Part shown: positions 13,476 through 27,777 of the stretch, one piece after another
Numbering within the stretch: position 1 is the stretch's first letter
Layout: each line of letters opens with the position of its first letter
Assembly: GCF_028641065.1 (NCBI RefSeq)
Contig: NC_073391.1
Coordinates: 42,408,001 to 42,472,000, forward strand
Source: Leucoraja erinacea
Taxonomy: Eukaryota
Length of the DNA: 64,000 bases
Direction: 5' to 3'
Translations under genes and position numbers: made by a program
Notes under the pieces: model-generated
The model's input: the letters and a program-made list of their open reading frames with translations, nothing else
Database searches by the model: none
Told to the model about the DNA's origin: nothing

Positions 13476-14539
13476 CGTGAAGTTTCAAATTTCAGTTCAG
13501 TGTTACACAGCCTATCTTAAAATGAGCAGAGGCTCAATGGACAGATTTAGAGCAGAGTAATTTGGTGGGATTTCTGAGGAATCAAATTGGGCTACCTCTT
13601 GTGTAATGCAGTCATTCAGAGACATAAAGAGCCTCAGTTATACTTTTCACAGCAGGCTGCCCCACAAATAGGTCACTGGGAAAGAATGTTTGACTGGAAA
13701 CCTATGCCCAGACATTAGTGCCATTGGAACTAAAATTTAAGGCAGAGTCCATCATGCTGCTGCTCCCGGTTTCATGCCTTGTATTGCTACTAATATCTTA
13801 CCAGAAAAATGAATTTGCAAAGAAAATCATCTGACTTTTCCCAAGACAAAATAAACATTGGCAGGTGTACTAAGGAACTGCAGTTGGGGTGGGATTTAGA
13901 CGTAGTCTGAGGCGTGTTTGCGGCTGGGATTCTCGCGCAAGAAGAATGTGGGTGTGGGCATAGCTTTCGACCATGCACGAGCATGACCACGAGTATGATT
14001 AATATGTACTTGTACAAGAAGTTTGGATGAATTATCTTACTGTTTTTACCACTACAATAAAGAAACTATTAATCAAGTGACTGTGTTTGGACGATTCATC
14101 TTTCGACGGCTTTGAATGTCTCAGTGAGAGCTCATGGGTGCATATCGATTATCTTCTGATCCCCTGTCTTCAATTAAAGTGACTAAAGGACTAAATCCTT
14201 GAAACAATATAAAAATCTGTCACCACACCAAGTTTGCATCAAGTATTCAAGAAAATATTCATGTGATAAAACCCTGTGAACCAAAATCATCGGCTTGAGA
14301 CTTTGGCTACAGCCAAGTCATTGGATGGGCGTGCATGTATGACTGTGTATGCTTGGGAGCACTAAAGTTAACGACCATCATACAATGAAGACCGCTTCAC
14401 CAAGATTTGGAAGGAAGCCCTCATTGTCTACAGAGGAATTGCATCTTTGTAAATCCATTGCACCAAATTCACGGCAGAATGGAAGCCATGTCACGGTTTA
14501 CAGCCTTAATTCAAGGAAACAGTAGTGAGAGATTAATGT

Positions 14540-15013
14540 TATTTAGTTTGTTGTTGTCACGTGTACGGTTGCAGTGAAAAGAGCTCCTGTGTGCTATCTA
14601 GTCAGAGAAAAGACTATACATGATTACATCAAGATATCCACAGTGTACAGTTACACAAGGAATAACATTTAGTGAAAGATGAAGTCCAGTAAAAACTGAA
14701 GTCCAGTGATAACAAATAGTCCATGGGCTTGCGATGAGGTAGGTGGTAGATCAGGAGCACTCTCCATTTGGTGATAGGATGGTTCAGTTGCCTCAAATTG
14801 TCCCTCAATCTGGAGGTATGCTTTTTGTACCTCTTGCCTGTTGGGAGAGAGAAGAGGGAATGTCCGCGGTGAGATTGGTCCGTGATTATGCTGGTGGCCT
14901 TGTCGAGGCAGCGTGAAGCGTAGATGGAGTCAATGGAAGAGGGGTTGGTTTGAGTGATGGTTTGGGCTATGTCCACAGCTCTCTGCAATTTCTTGTGATC
15001 TTGGGTGGAGCTC
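14540..15013 (-). mobile_element. Rex1/Babar LINE 3' fragment
   Basis: ORF 14629-15015: SSTQDHKKLQRAVDIAQTITQTNPSSIDSIYASRCLDKATSIITDQSHRGHSLFSLPTGKRY. Confidence 0.8.
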
Positions 15014-15454
15014 ATCAGTGATGGTTAATAACAAGTCTCAGTGGAACAACAGCAGCCTGAACAAAGACCTCATCACGACTGGTGGAACCATACACAAGAT
15101 GGCAAGCTCTAAACTTGATATGAACCAGACAAGGAAGATCATGGCCATTCTTACTGTCAATGTAAATGCCTCGCATTGTCCAGTTCAAAAATCTCCAGCC
15201 GTGGAATACGCCATCAAAAGACTGCAATCATTTTCAGGGAGCAGTGCAAACCTTCATGCATGCACACTGTATGCCGTAATTATGGGAATAAAAATGGCAT
15301 GAGTCAGAATTGCCATTGAACTTAAGACTCGGGAAACCAGTAAAGGTTTTGATATTTTGAGACGCATCAAGCCAACTGAAGTAAAAATGTTTCAGGCAAG
15401 GAGAGATATATCATCCTGCTATTGATATTATTCATGCCGTGTGATGCCATTTAA

Positions 15455-15582
15455 NNNNNNNNNNNNNNNNNNNNNNNNNNNNNNNNNNNNNNNNNNNNNN
15501 NNNNNNNNNNNNNNNNNNNNNNNNNNNNNNNNNNNNNNNNNNNNNNNNNNNNNNNNNNNNNNNNNNNNNNNNNNNNNNNNNN
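15455..15582. other. Assembly gap (N run)
   Basis: Run of N. Confidence 0.99.
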
Positions 15583-15824
15583 ATTGGAACGAAGAGATGT
15601 GCTGGAAATTGCAAATCCATTGCACCAAATTCACAGTACATTGCAGTCTCAGCTCAAGGAAACAATCATGTGAGAAGCTAAAAGGAATCAATGGTGGTTA
15701 ATGATAGGTCTCAGTGGAACAGCAGTGACCTGAACAAAGACCTCATCACACTCTCATGGAAGCAGCAGTGAAATAAGCAGCAGCACAAAGTATGGCAAGC
15801 CCTTGACTGAATGGTGATCTTGGT

Positions 15825-16243
15825 CAACACAAAAAGCTGGAGAACTCAGCAGGTCAGACAGCATCTCTGAAGAATAGGAATAGGTGCCTTTTCTGGTCTG
15901 AAGAAAGGTCTTGACCCGAAACGTCATCCATTCCTTTACTCCAGAGATGCTGCCTTACCCGCTGAGTTATGCCCCTGTCCCACTTAGGAAACCGGAACGG
16001 AAACCTCTGGAGACTTTGCGCCCCACCAAAAGTTTCTGTGCGGTTCCCGGAGAGGTTTTTGTCAGTCTCCCTACCTGCTTCAACTACCTGCAACCTCCAG
16101 CAACCACCTGCAACCTCCGGGAACCGCACAGAAACCTTGGGTGGGGCGCAAAGTCTCCAGAGGTTTCCGTTCAGGTTTCCTAAGTGGGACAGGAGCATTA
16201 CTATCTTTGGTTTAAAACCGCATCTGCAGTTCCTTCCTGCACA
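15825..16243. mobile_element. Penelope-derived inverted-repeat element, interrupted by a MITE
   Basis: Arms cagcatctctgaagaataggaa and ttcctttactccagagatgctg; the host sequence resumes after 16200. Confidence 0.7.
15970..16197. mobile_element. PIF/Harbinger-like MITE (near-palindromic; TTA target-site duplication)
   Basis: ~85-bp TIRs (tgcccctgtcccacttaggaaacc... / ...ggtttcctaagtgggacaggagca); TTA at 15967-69 and 16198-200. Confidence 0.8.
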
Positions 16244-17917
16244 TTGTGATCATGGTAATTGAGCCTGTAGTCAATTAAAGCTTTCTCTAGCAAAATTCAT
16301 CCTTGTGGTGATAACTGCCAAAATGAAATTCACATGTTCTGTTTTATTTTGTGATTGCTGTTGGTAGTGAAAGAGTTTACACTTTGCAAACCGCAGGTGT
16401 GGCTTTCAAAGTGTGAAATTCCTCATTACACCAGTGTTGAATGTAGTTGTTCATGTTTCACTTATTGCTTTTATCAGCCAGGTTAAACGATCTCTTCTAG
16501 TTTGAAAAATAAAAGGTATGCGGAAAATAAAATTAAGGAAAGAATGAAAATAACAATTACTTTCTTTTGAAGTCACTTGAACATCTTTATGAAACTGATC
16601 TTAATTAATCTTTTGCCAAGCAGAAAGTAGGGGGCTCTCTGTTCACAGTTCAATGTTGGTGTGTTTATACGGTCAAGGACACTTGCAGTACAGGTAGTTC
16701 TTCTGTAACGCAATAATTGCACTCCTAAAAAGCATTGCAGTATAGAAAATCACATTATTTAAACAATGGTGTCAATGGGGAAAGGGGGCCTGAGAGGCAA
16801 GAGTGCTTAAGACTTGCAATAACAACGTTTGTATTTCCTGCAGAATTTTCAAAAGAGCTTTAAAAGCTATAAGTTTACTTCTGCTTCAAGCTAAAAATAC
16901 TAAAGGCTGTATGTTACCTTGTGTAATGGAGTGTAGTTGTTCATGTGTCAATGGAAGGGAATGCTTGTCAATTTCAATGGCCACCTAGGGTGAAACTGGC
17001 AGACTCTTTGTTCTTGAGTGGTAAATGATTACTGTGGAGAGATATTATAGAGACCATAAACTGAAATATTTCCCCCCAAGGCAGCTATCTTTCTGTTTGT
17101 CAATTTCCAAAGTTCTTTTCACGGGCTCTCTAGTTCCCAATCAAAATCGCGTTATAACTAGTTTGCCCCATATAATGCAAATAGTGTTCCCTAATTCAAT
17201 GATTGATTGCATTATATCCATTAGCAATATGCAAACTTCAGTTGTACCAGAACGACCTGTAAATGGGTGTCTTGTTCACATTGTCAAGTGTCGACAGCTC
17301 TTCACATTTCATTCCCTCTTCTTCTCCACTTCATTGATATACAAGGTATTAGAGAATTAGGTGCCGCAGAATTGCTATTGCAATTTCTACGTAGCAGTGA
17401 GAAGGAGCATTCTGAATGTTTGAAAACCTGACCAACATATAGAAAATATTCTGTGTACTTCAAGTACAAAAACAAGCCATTTAACCCAGCTTATTTGCCT
17501 GTGTTTGTGCTGCATGTTAATTTTCCTTATCTCGCTATTTCGCATACTCTCCTACCAATTTTGTCTTTGTAGTGTGGTACTTTGTACTGGGGAATCTTAC
17601 CATTCCCTTGAATTCCTCCATGTCATTTGATTTACCTTGTCCAAGATGTAGTCAGTACCATCTTCCAACCATTTCAAGTCCCTCTTGAATTCCCTACGAG
17701 GCTTATTGGGTACTGTTTAGTATTTATACCCATTGTTTGAAATGCATATGGGAAATTTTAAGCATTTTGGATAGGTTATCTGTACTCTTCTCATTTCTAA
17801 TGATAAAATATTGACTGTGTCATTAAACATTCATTAATGCTTAAATAAGCCTTGAACATCTTTGGCATGTTTGGAAAGTGTCTTCTAAGTAATCAACCAT
17901 GCCAAACCAAGTATTTC

Positions 17918-18180
17918 AATAGACAATAGGTCCAGGAGTAGGCCATTCGGCCCTTCAAGCCAGCACCGCCATTCAATGTGATCATGGCTGATCATCCCTA
18001 ATCAGTATCCCGTTCCTGCCTTCTCCCCATATCCCCTGACTCCACTGTCTTTAAGAGCCCTATCTAGCTCTCACTTAAAAGTATTCCGAGAACCGGCCTC
18101 CACCGAGGCAGAGAATTCCACCCTCACAAGTGTGTGAAAAGGTGTTTCCTCATCTCTGTTCTAAATGGCTTACCCCTTAT
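17918..18180 (-). mobile_element. CR1 3' end
   Basis: (caatagac)n tail, ggccattcggccc and gatcatggctgatcatcc. Confidence 0.8.
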
Positions 18181-18545
18181 TTCAATGTTCAGGTCCTCAA
18201 AGTCCTTGGTTATCATGGTTTCTCAAGGAACAAGGCGGTTTGGACAGCAACAGTGTAATTTCCATGTTAAGTTATAAGTATCCTGCCCAGAGAAGTTGCT
18301 GAGGTTCTCACTAATACTTCTATAAAACATGTGTCAAAATATGCAAACAGTATAGTTTATAAAAATCACTTCATTTCAATGGTGCTTGTTATGTTTGGCC
18401 ATTTTTTTGCTATGAGGGCAAAATAATTAATATTTATCATATTACTCAAAGTTATTAGATCAAGTGGTGTTTACTTACTGCCGACAGTGCAAATGCAGAA
18501 GTGATACGCTGCTCAATGCATTTGAATAAAAATCATTTGGCAAGG

Positions 18546-18770
18546 TGTTTAGTTTAGAGATACAGCTTCAGCCCACACGAGTCTGCACCGACCAGCAATC
18601 CCTGCCCAGTAACACTATCCTACACACAAGGGATAATTTACCAAGCCAATTAGCCTACAAACCTGTGGAGGAATGCCTAGGCAGGTCAAGGGGAGAATAT
18701 ACAAACTCCTTACAGACAGCACCCGGAGTCAGGTTCGAACCCCTGTCTCTGGCGCTGTAACTCTACTGTT
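18546..18770 (-). mobile_element. HE1-like V-SINE with internal deletions
   Basis: gtttagtttagagatacagc tail; acaaactcc..acagacagcaccc. Confidence 0.7.
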
Positions 18771-19052
18771 GCCTGTGTTGGTTTTTCCCCAAAGCCAATA
18801 AGAGTGGTTCATTTCCAGCAATGACTAATGATACATCTGCCTTTGCCTTATGCTTTTGTGATATTTGGTGCCTAATTGGTTATGCTGGTGTCAGCAAATA
18901 TTGAGTAATATGTAGGAAGATGATCTTTGGTATGGAACATTATTACTAACCAAATACTGAAAGTATGTTTAATAAGATAAATGCATTGTTAACACAATTT
19001 TATATTCTATTTCAGATGTAATGATTAACATGTTTTTAAATTTCCCTTGCAG

Positions 19053-19096
19053 ATGTGCAGAAAGACATTATGATGCTACTAAATTTAATTGCAGAG
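19053..19096 (+). CDS. PTEN: PTEN exon 4 (CAERHYDATKFNCR; contains C71)
   Basis: cccttgcAG acceptor and GTgagt donor; 44 bp; phase continues from exon 3. Confidence 0.96.
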
Positions 19097-19672
19097 GTGA
19101 GTGAACTATTACTAAAAAACTTCCATTGCAGATTATTATAATGGGTAAAACCTCGTGTTTATCTTACCTTTTACCAGAGTAGAAATATGTGAAAGCGTGC
19201 ATAAAAGAGTTTAAAAATTGTTGTCATTTAGCATAGATAACTGATGGTAGAAACCACAATATGTTGTACAGATTGATTTTATAGCAAGTAAAGTAGCAAT
19301 AATAATGCTCCCCTTACATTATAATGATTCTAAATCTTAGTGATAGAAGATACAAGTGCAGATAGCAAAATTATCAAATATATGCATTGGATTCATCTTT
19401 CAATACTGAATACCTGTGATCCTAATTTTATTAGAGCAGTTAAATAATGGTTTTGGTACATATAAATAAAGTATGTCCTAAATTTCTGTGCAGTATTCTT
19501 GTATATTTGCATTAATGGCCATTTGTGTTATGTTGTAAATTTTTTGAAAAGATCCCAAAGTCTCTACAAAGTTGAATATTTAATTTGCGATCAAGTCGTC
19601 AATTTTTTGCTGTGAGCTCCGTGCGCATTATTTGCACAATATCATTGTTCATGCGTTAGCTTATTTTTGTAA

Positions 19673-20270
<598 letters not shown>

Positions 20271-21735
20271 TTAGTTGTACAAATACGCAACTGTAGTACA
20301 TGATTGAATAGCAAATTAATATAGAGCTAATATTTGTTCTTAGCATTGGAATATTGGAAAGGTGTATGAAAATACCGATGTAGCTGATTAATGTGAAATG
20401 TCTTCAGTTTAATGAGAAATATCAATATATTTAATTGTCTTTTGCATCGCGCATGATAAACGATATAATTGTATGAGCATTTGACTGAACTTTATTGTAG
20501 GAAAATTGGGAATGTGGTGGCGTTACTAAAAAGCGGGCACATTCTGTTCTGGAGCAAAACATGGAAGTAAACAGTAATATTTATATGATTTGAGTTTCCT
20601 AACACTGAAGAATGGTGGTCTTAAACGCTTTTATGGTTCCAAAATAAGTTGTTTAGCAAAGTAATAAACAAGTGCGATGCAATTCTTTACTCCCAACAAT
20701 TTACAAACCACATTCTGGTCAATTTAAGGAGCTGCATATTTTTGTTTTAACATTTTTAATATTTAATGCTTAATTAATTTTTTTAATTGTTAATATTCTA
20801 CCTGGATGTTTTTTCAACTTTATTGCAGCTTTTGGTATGTTATTCCTTTATTTATGGAAATAAGCAAGTGTTTTAAATAGTGGCCTCAGCTAGATTGGTC
20901 ACCTCCGGGACTTGCATAAATAGACTCCTAGATCATGGCACACCAGCCAAGTTTATTTAGTTTGTCTCCTGTCACTTTCCAAACCAATTGCATCTCTCTT
21001 GCATCTATACATTTAAATTTTATCTGCCATCTGTCTCCCACTTTTATCAGCCTCAGCATCTTCCCTTTTTCCCATTTATTAAATTTGTGAGTTTAGTTTC
21101 TATCGTTCGTTAGTTTCTTAACCATTGTCTTATCCACATAGTTACAGTATTTTAATCTGATGGAGTTAGTACATTTTTGGCACAATTTGACAGACTATTA
21201 TCAACTACTTTTATAAACCATGACATCAAATTTCCCTTCTTGAACTCTCTCTCGTTTGTTAATGAACAAAAGTTAGCTAAAAATAATTTGCTTTAAGCCG
21301 GCTTAGACTAGATGTTAGTTAGCACTTTAAAGTGCAGGTTTTTTTCCTTCCCCACTGAAAAACTTCCCACTGCTGTTTTTGGCATGCAAGCTTGAAGTTC
21401 TCCCTCCTCTTGTGAAAAAGAATCGTCAATAGCTGTCATTTTCATATCAAGGGTGTCTTGGAAAATTTTGGCCAGAGACTGCAGTTTCTACCTATGCTTC
21501 CTTTAGTAATCTAGGATGCTTCAGATGACATTCTACCTTTTAACTGACTGAGGTGTCGTGGGCCGAACTCAACAAAACACCAGTGAAGGGAGGTGCCCAC
21601 TTGATAACCCCAATGATATACTAGCATCTACAAGATTAGTTTGTATGTGTTTGTTAATATGTAGTCAGATTATAATTGAATATGGAGTTAGTTATTGTCC
21701 TATAGCATAAGTGGGTATAGGAAGTTTACACACTC

Positions 21736-21936
21736 TGTGTAGAAAGGAACTGTAGATGCTGGTTTAAACTGAAGATAGACAAAAAAAATGCTGGAGTAAC
21801 TCAGCGGGGCAGGCAGCATCTCTGGAGAGAAGGAATGGTTGGTTTGAAGAAGGGTCTCGAAAGGTCACCCATTCTCTCCAGAGAAGCTGTCTGTCCCGTT
21901 GAGTTACTCCATCATTTTGTGTCTATCTTCAGTTTA
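21736..21936. mobile_element. Penelope-derived inverted-repeat element
   Basis: taaactgaagatagac...ggagtaactca pairs with tgagttactcc...gtctatcttcagttta. Confidence 0.75.
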
Positions 21937-23156
21937 GATGCTACTTTGGCTTTGGGCTTGGTTTTCTTCGTTGAGTGCTTATCCTGGTGTTATAGCACAC
22001 ATACTTTGTGTTTTAAAAGTAATTTAATATGCTGCAAACCCTTGTAGAGACAGTTCATTATCCACTTTCATACTTCTGATTGGAGTATCATTAGCGGTGT
22101 CCTCTGTGCTGAGGCCAATGCAACTGCCTTCCATATGATTTATTTTATCACTAATTTCCCCATTCTTTACAAGTGTTGCCTTTTTAATCCATTTATTATT
22201 GCTAAGGTTATCATGATTATCCATGATATTAATGTTCCTTTTTTTACATTTTGGATAAGTCTCATTACCCTTTATTTTCCTTTCAATTTTTCTGTACTTC
22301 CTATATTTGGGTTGGTTCACCATGTGACCAATCATTCATTAAAATACCTTTAATCGTCAGGGATGTTTTAGTTTTGGAAACTCTTCCTTTCCTCTTCATT
22401 GTACTCAAACTATTACGCTTTGCCTATTTATTATTTGTAATTATTTAGAGCCGCACAGAATCATGGCTGGTAGTGGTGTCACCTCACCTTACTGCTCCTC
22501 GTGTGTAGGTAGTGGATTGGGATAACACAGAACTAGTGTGAACGGGTGACCCCTGGTCAGCGTGAACTCAGTGTGCCGAAGGGCCTGTTTCCATGCTGTA
22601 CCTCTATACCAATCTAAACTTTCTTTCTAATCCACCTGGACTAGAACCCTAATCAAACCACTGAAGGTACCTTCTGATGAATATGTTCACATTTGAATGC
22701 TCCTTGATTTTTTTCAATATCAATTACTCCCACAATATCTGGTATTCATTTTCGTTTTGTAGTGTTTACCAATGTTGTTTGTTCTTGGTCTTTGTATTTA
22801 GTTTGGGAACTCGAGAAGCTAAATATGCTTTAGAAGTAAACTTTAGATATATACTCCAGAAGCAAAATAGATAATAGTTTAATTACAATAATGTTAATTT
22901 CGTCCTGGTTTAATAATTTTAGAGCATTTATCAGCAAGTTCCCACCCATTTAGTTAAGATTAACTTAGGCTGTTGATAGACACACAATGCTGGAGTAACT
23001 CAGTGGGTCAGGCAGATTTCTGGAGAAAAATAATACGTGGCATTTCGGGTTGAGACCCATCTGTCTCAACCCAAAATGTCACCTGTTCCTTTTTAATTTA
23101 GACCACGCATTACAAGATAGTGCCAATATATTTCCAAAAAAATCATCTGATATATC

Positions 23157-23466
23157 ACGGCGGCACAGTGGCGTAGCGGTAAAGCTACTGCCTTACAGCG
23201 CCAGAGACCTGGAATCAATCCTGACTATGGGTGCTTGTCTGTATGAAGTTTTACGTTCTCCCTGTGGCCCGCGTGGGTTTTCTCCTAGATCTTCGATTTT
23301 CTCTCGCACTCTATAGACGTGAAGGTTTGTAGCTTAATTGACTTGGTATAAAAATGTAAATTGTCCCGAGTGTGTGTAGGATAGTGTTAGCGTTCGGGTA
23401 TCGCTGGTCGGTGCTCGACTCGGTGAGCCGATTTCCGTGCTGTATCTCTGAACTAAAACTAAACTT
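23157..23466 (+). mobile_element. HE1-like V-SINE, near full length
   Basis: A-box-like gtggcgtagcggta, B-box-like ggaatcaatcc, V-core and (aaact)n tail. Confidence 0.8.
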
Positions 23467-23761
23467 AAAAAATCACTTCACTAGAGGTGGAAGTGCTTTC
23501 CATGCACTTGCTGCCCTCTCCTTTGCAGGTAGTATTTGTTGTGTCTTGGGAGATGCTGCAAAGCACTTAGTAGACAATACATGCTGCGGGCATCGTTTCA
23601 CAGCATGAAAAGCATAAATGTTTAAAATAATGGATGAAATATCCCTACGCTGCTTAGCCGGAGTGCTATTGAAGCTGCACGTGTTCCATCAATTTCTTGA
23701 CACACTTGCTCTAGATTGTGAAAGGTTTTTGTGTTATTAATAAAGACAACAGCCTCTTAAT

Positions 23762-23968
23762 GTGTAAGAAGGAAGGAACTGCAGATGCTGGTTTAAACCG
23801 AAAAGCTGGAGGAACCCAGCGGGTCAGGCAGCATCTCCGGAGAAAATGGATTGGTGACCTTTCGGGTCGGGACCCTTCACCATTTTCGTCAGCGATGCTG
23901 CCTGACCCGTTAAGTTAATCCAGCATTTTGTGTCTATCTTTAAATATAAACTAGTATCTGCAGTTCAT
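23762..23968. mobile_element. Penelope-derived inverted-repeat element
   Basis: gaactgcagatgct...cgggtcaggcagcatc pairs with gatgctgcctgacccg...tatctgcagttc. Confidence 0.75.
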
Positions 23969-23999
23969 TTTTATTTTAGCCTCTTCTTTAATGTCAGCA

Positions 24000-24200
24000 A
24001 GACAAAGCAGCTTCACCGAAGCCACGGCTAAAACACGATACCAATCCCCTTTATTCCTTCAGAGATTAGGGAAGTTCAGCATCTCCCAAGACTCTTGCCA
24101 GCTTTTACAGATGCATCGTAGAAAGCGTACTATTGGGTTGCATTACACAGCTTGGTTTGTGAACAGCTCTGCCCAAGACGGCAAAGAATTACAGGGAGCG
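24000..24200 (+). mobile_element. Rex1/Babar fragment
   Basis: ORF remnant LFLQRLGKFSIS...TAWFVNSSAQDGKELQ. Confidence 0.6.
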
Positions 24201-24448
24201 CTGTCCGTCAAGCCTTCTGTACCTTGGCATTTCAAGTGCTCATCTAAGTTATGCTTCGCGTAACCTCTGCATTCCTCTGTGAGGTCGCCATTCGTTTTCT
24301 AGATCAAAATAAACTAACCCAGCCTATCCAGTCAGTCCTTGTAACTCAAATGCTTCATCCCAGGAGCACATTCTGGTGAATTTCCTCTGCACTGCACCTT
24401 CTCTGGTGCAACAACATTCGTAAATCACTAACTTTACGCAAGAATATT

Positions 24449-24680
24449 TCATAAGATCATGAGTGATAGGAGCAGAATTAGGCCATTTGGCCCATCAAGT
24501 TTCCTTTGCCGTTCAATCGTGGCTGTTCTATCTCTCCCTCCTAACCCGATTCTCCTGCCTTCTCCCCATAACCTCTGACATCTGTACTAATCAAGAATCT
24601 ATCTAACTCTGCCTGTAAAATATCCACTGACGGCCTCCACAATCTTCCGTGGTAAAGAATTCCACAGATTCACCACCATT
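24449..24680 (-). mobile_element. CR1 3' end
   Basis: gataggagcagaattaggccatt.ggcccatcaagt 3' signature. Confidence 0.75.
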
Positions 24681-24874
24681 TGATATTATTGTTTGTCTTG
24701 CTTTTAGTGCACTGGTCGTACACTGTCTGTCGTCTCAAATATGTTATATTACTGAGCGGAGAATTTGGTCCATGCTAATTGATGCGGTGAAACTATAGAG
24801 CATGGCGTCATCTTTTTTGCTCCTGTTGCCAGATGTAAACTCGCTGCCATTTTACTCGGGGGTCTAGACTTTGA

Positions 24875-25084
<210 letters not shown>

Positions 25085-25377
25085 TAATTCCTTTTCAGAG
25101 ATCAGAGATAATGCGAAAGGTAATATTATTACATTGCTGCTTCAGGTTTATGGTGGTCAGATTTGTTGATCAGTCAGAATTGAAATGCAGAAAATTATCG
25201 AAGCAAAGCTCTCGCATATTCTCAACAACATTTAAACTATAAGCATTTTAAACTGACCATTCCAATGCTAGTTAGCATTGTTTGCCCAATAACACATTAG
25301 ACTGCTCAACTGAGAAAAATCTGAACAAAAATTATTGAATAGTCATTTATGAGGCTAAGTGGAATATACCCAGATTA

Positions 25378-25845
25378 TAAGGTCATGAATCATAAGGTTA
25401 TAAGTGATAGGAGCAGAATTAGGCCATTCGGCCCATCAAGTCTACTCCGCTGTTCTGATCTATCTCCTTCCTAACCCCTTTATCCTGCCTTCTTCCCATA
25501 ACCCCTGACACCAGTACTAATCAAGAATCTATCCATCTCTGCCTTAAACATATCCATAGATTTGGCCTCCACAGCCTTCAGTGGCAAAGAATTGCACAGA
25601 TTCGCCACCCTCTGACGAAAGATATTCCTCCTCATCCCCTTCCTAAAGGAATGTCCTTTAATTCTGAGGCTATGACCTCTAGTCCTAGACTCTCCCTCCA
25701 GTAGAAATATCCTCTCCACTCTATCCAAGCCTTTCACATTTTGGTACGTTTCAATGAGGTCCCCCTCATTTTTCTAACCTCCAGCGAGTACAGGCCCAGT
25801 GCCGTCAAACACTCATCATATGTTAACCCACTCAATCCTGGGATA
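25378..25845 (-). mobile_element. CR1 LINE 3' fragment
   Basis: ORF 25480-25737: KGLDRVERIFLLEGESRTRGHSLRIKGHSFRKGMRRNIFRQRVANLCNSLP. Confidence 0.85.
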
Positions 25846-26137
25846 GTTTGGGAGGGACTAAAACTAAAGTTTGAGCAGATTGCTGCTCCACATTTTACCC
25901 ACAGAGCTATTGATTAATACATAAAACTTAATTCAGGTGGTCAATACCGCGTGGGGTGATGGTGGAGTGCTAACAGTTGACTGCTCCTTAAGATTGATAT
26001 GTGCGTATCAAACTAAGTCCTATTAGCCGTGGTGATCTATTAACTGTATGTGCAGGATGTAAATTGGCTGGAAATTATTTGGCAATTTCATTTCCTGCTG
26101 CTCCTAAAATTTCGATTCGCAACTTGAATATTTTGGA

Positions 26138-26375
26138 GATAGACATAAACTGTTGGAGTAACTCAGCGGGGCAGGCAGCATCTCTGGAAAGAAGGAAAGG
26201 GTGACGTGTCGGGTCGAGACCCTTCTTCAGATTGAGTCGGGGGGGAGGGAGATATGGAGGGGTATGGTGCGAAAACGAAAGATTAAAGCAGACAATGATA
26301 AGAAATGTAGAATGGTTCTTTGTTAGCTTTGGGGAAGGTGACAAGGATGCATACGATCAGTAAAATTAATCCAAA
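26138..26375 (-). mobile_element. Penelope 3' terminal region
   Basis: Reverse complement resembles 47720-47965. Confidence 0.7.
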
Positions 26376-27114
26376 ATTAATATTTTGGAACCCCATTGCA
26401 GCTTGAATATGTCTATTTACAAACCAATTTACAAACTGGGCTTCTCTGAAACGCCAAATTATGTAAATATTTCACAATAGTATAACCTTGTGATACGAGT
26501 GATGTTGCCCTGACTTCATGTAGGATCCATTGCAAGAAAGGTTTTTATTCTCCGGACAGAGTAGATTTACACCAATATCCCACAATTACAAGGCCATGTG
26601 CTAACTCGCTCTACTATTGTTATTCTTCCTTTCCCACTCAAAATATATCTTTTAAAAAGACGATTCGCATTTAACTGGACTTTCACAAGTTTCTGACAAA
26701 TGCTCAAATTGATTTGTTTCAAATCCTTTGACACAGTTGAGAAATGTTAGTTTCTATAGTTGTGAACAGTTTGACACATCCCACTCCCGTTTCACTAAAA
26801 AAGATGTGCTTTAGAACAATTCTAATGCAACAAATGAACAGAGAATGCAATAATGGAGCGATGAAGCAAAATTTCCTTTCGTTTTTCAAGATCACGCAAT
26901 GCTAAGATTCCCATAATTTTTGCTTAATTGCATGCCTTTATATATAAAAGTGAAACTAAAAATTACACCACGTGAATTTCTGAATTATGAATTCACTTTT
27001 TATAGCATGCCCTTTTATATACGAGGAGCCCATGATCAACCATTATAGAGATGGTTTATTATTTGCAGCTGAGTTACTGGAAGATAAATGCTATGGCAGA
27101 TTATATCTATGATA

Positions 27115-27345
27115 TTGATTGACTTTATTGTCACATGTGACAAGTCACCGTGAAATTCTTTGCATGCACACGCAAGGTAGTTGCCGTGTAAAGGGCACTT
27201 AGAAAGTTACATAGTATCCCGCTCCGTCCTCTTCTTCTCCCTCCATCACAGCTGTCCCCCCCCCCCCCCCCCCCCCCCCCCCCGTCCCCCACCCACGCGG
27301 GGTCCTCCTTTGTTCTTCCCCCTCCCACCCCCACGCCAATCCTCA
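27115..27345 (-). mobile_element. Short retroelement-like insertion with Rex-type tail and poly-C tract, ~60 nt upstream of exon 7
   Basis: Minus-strand tail gaatttcac...tgtgacaataaagtcaatc; C run at 27256-27283. Confidence 0.5.
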
Positions 27346-27360
27346 AACAAACACCTTTAA

Positions 27361-27765
<405 letters not shown>

Positions 27766-27777
27766 TAATTTAATCAT

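Noticed and set aside
13515-14440. Possible degenerate Gypsy or other retroelement coding remnant (NWATSCV-like)
   Set aside because: Too degenerate to support without a profile search.
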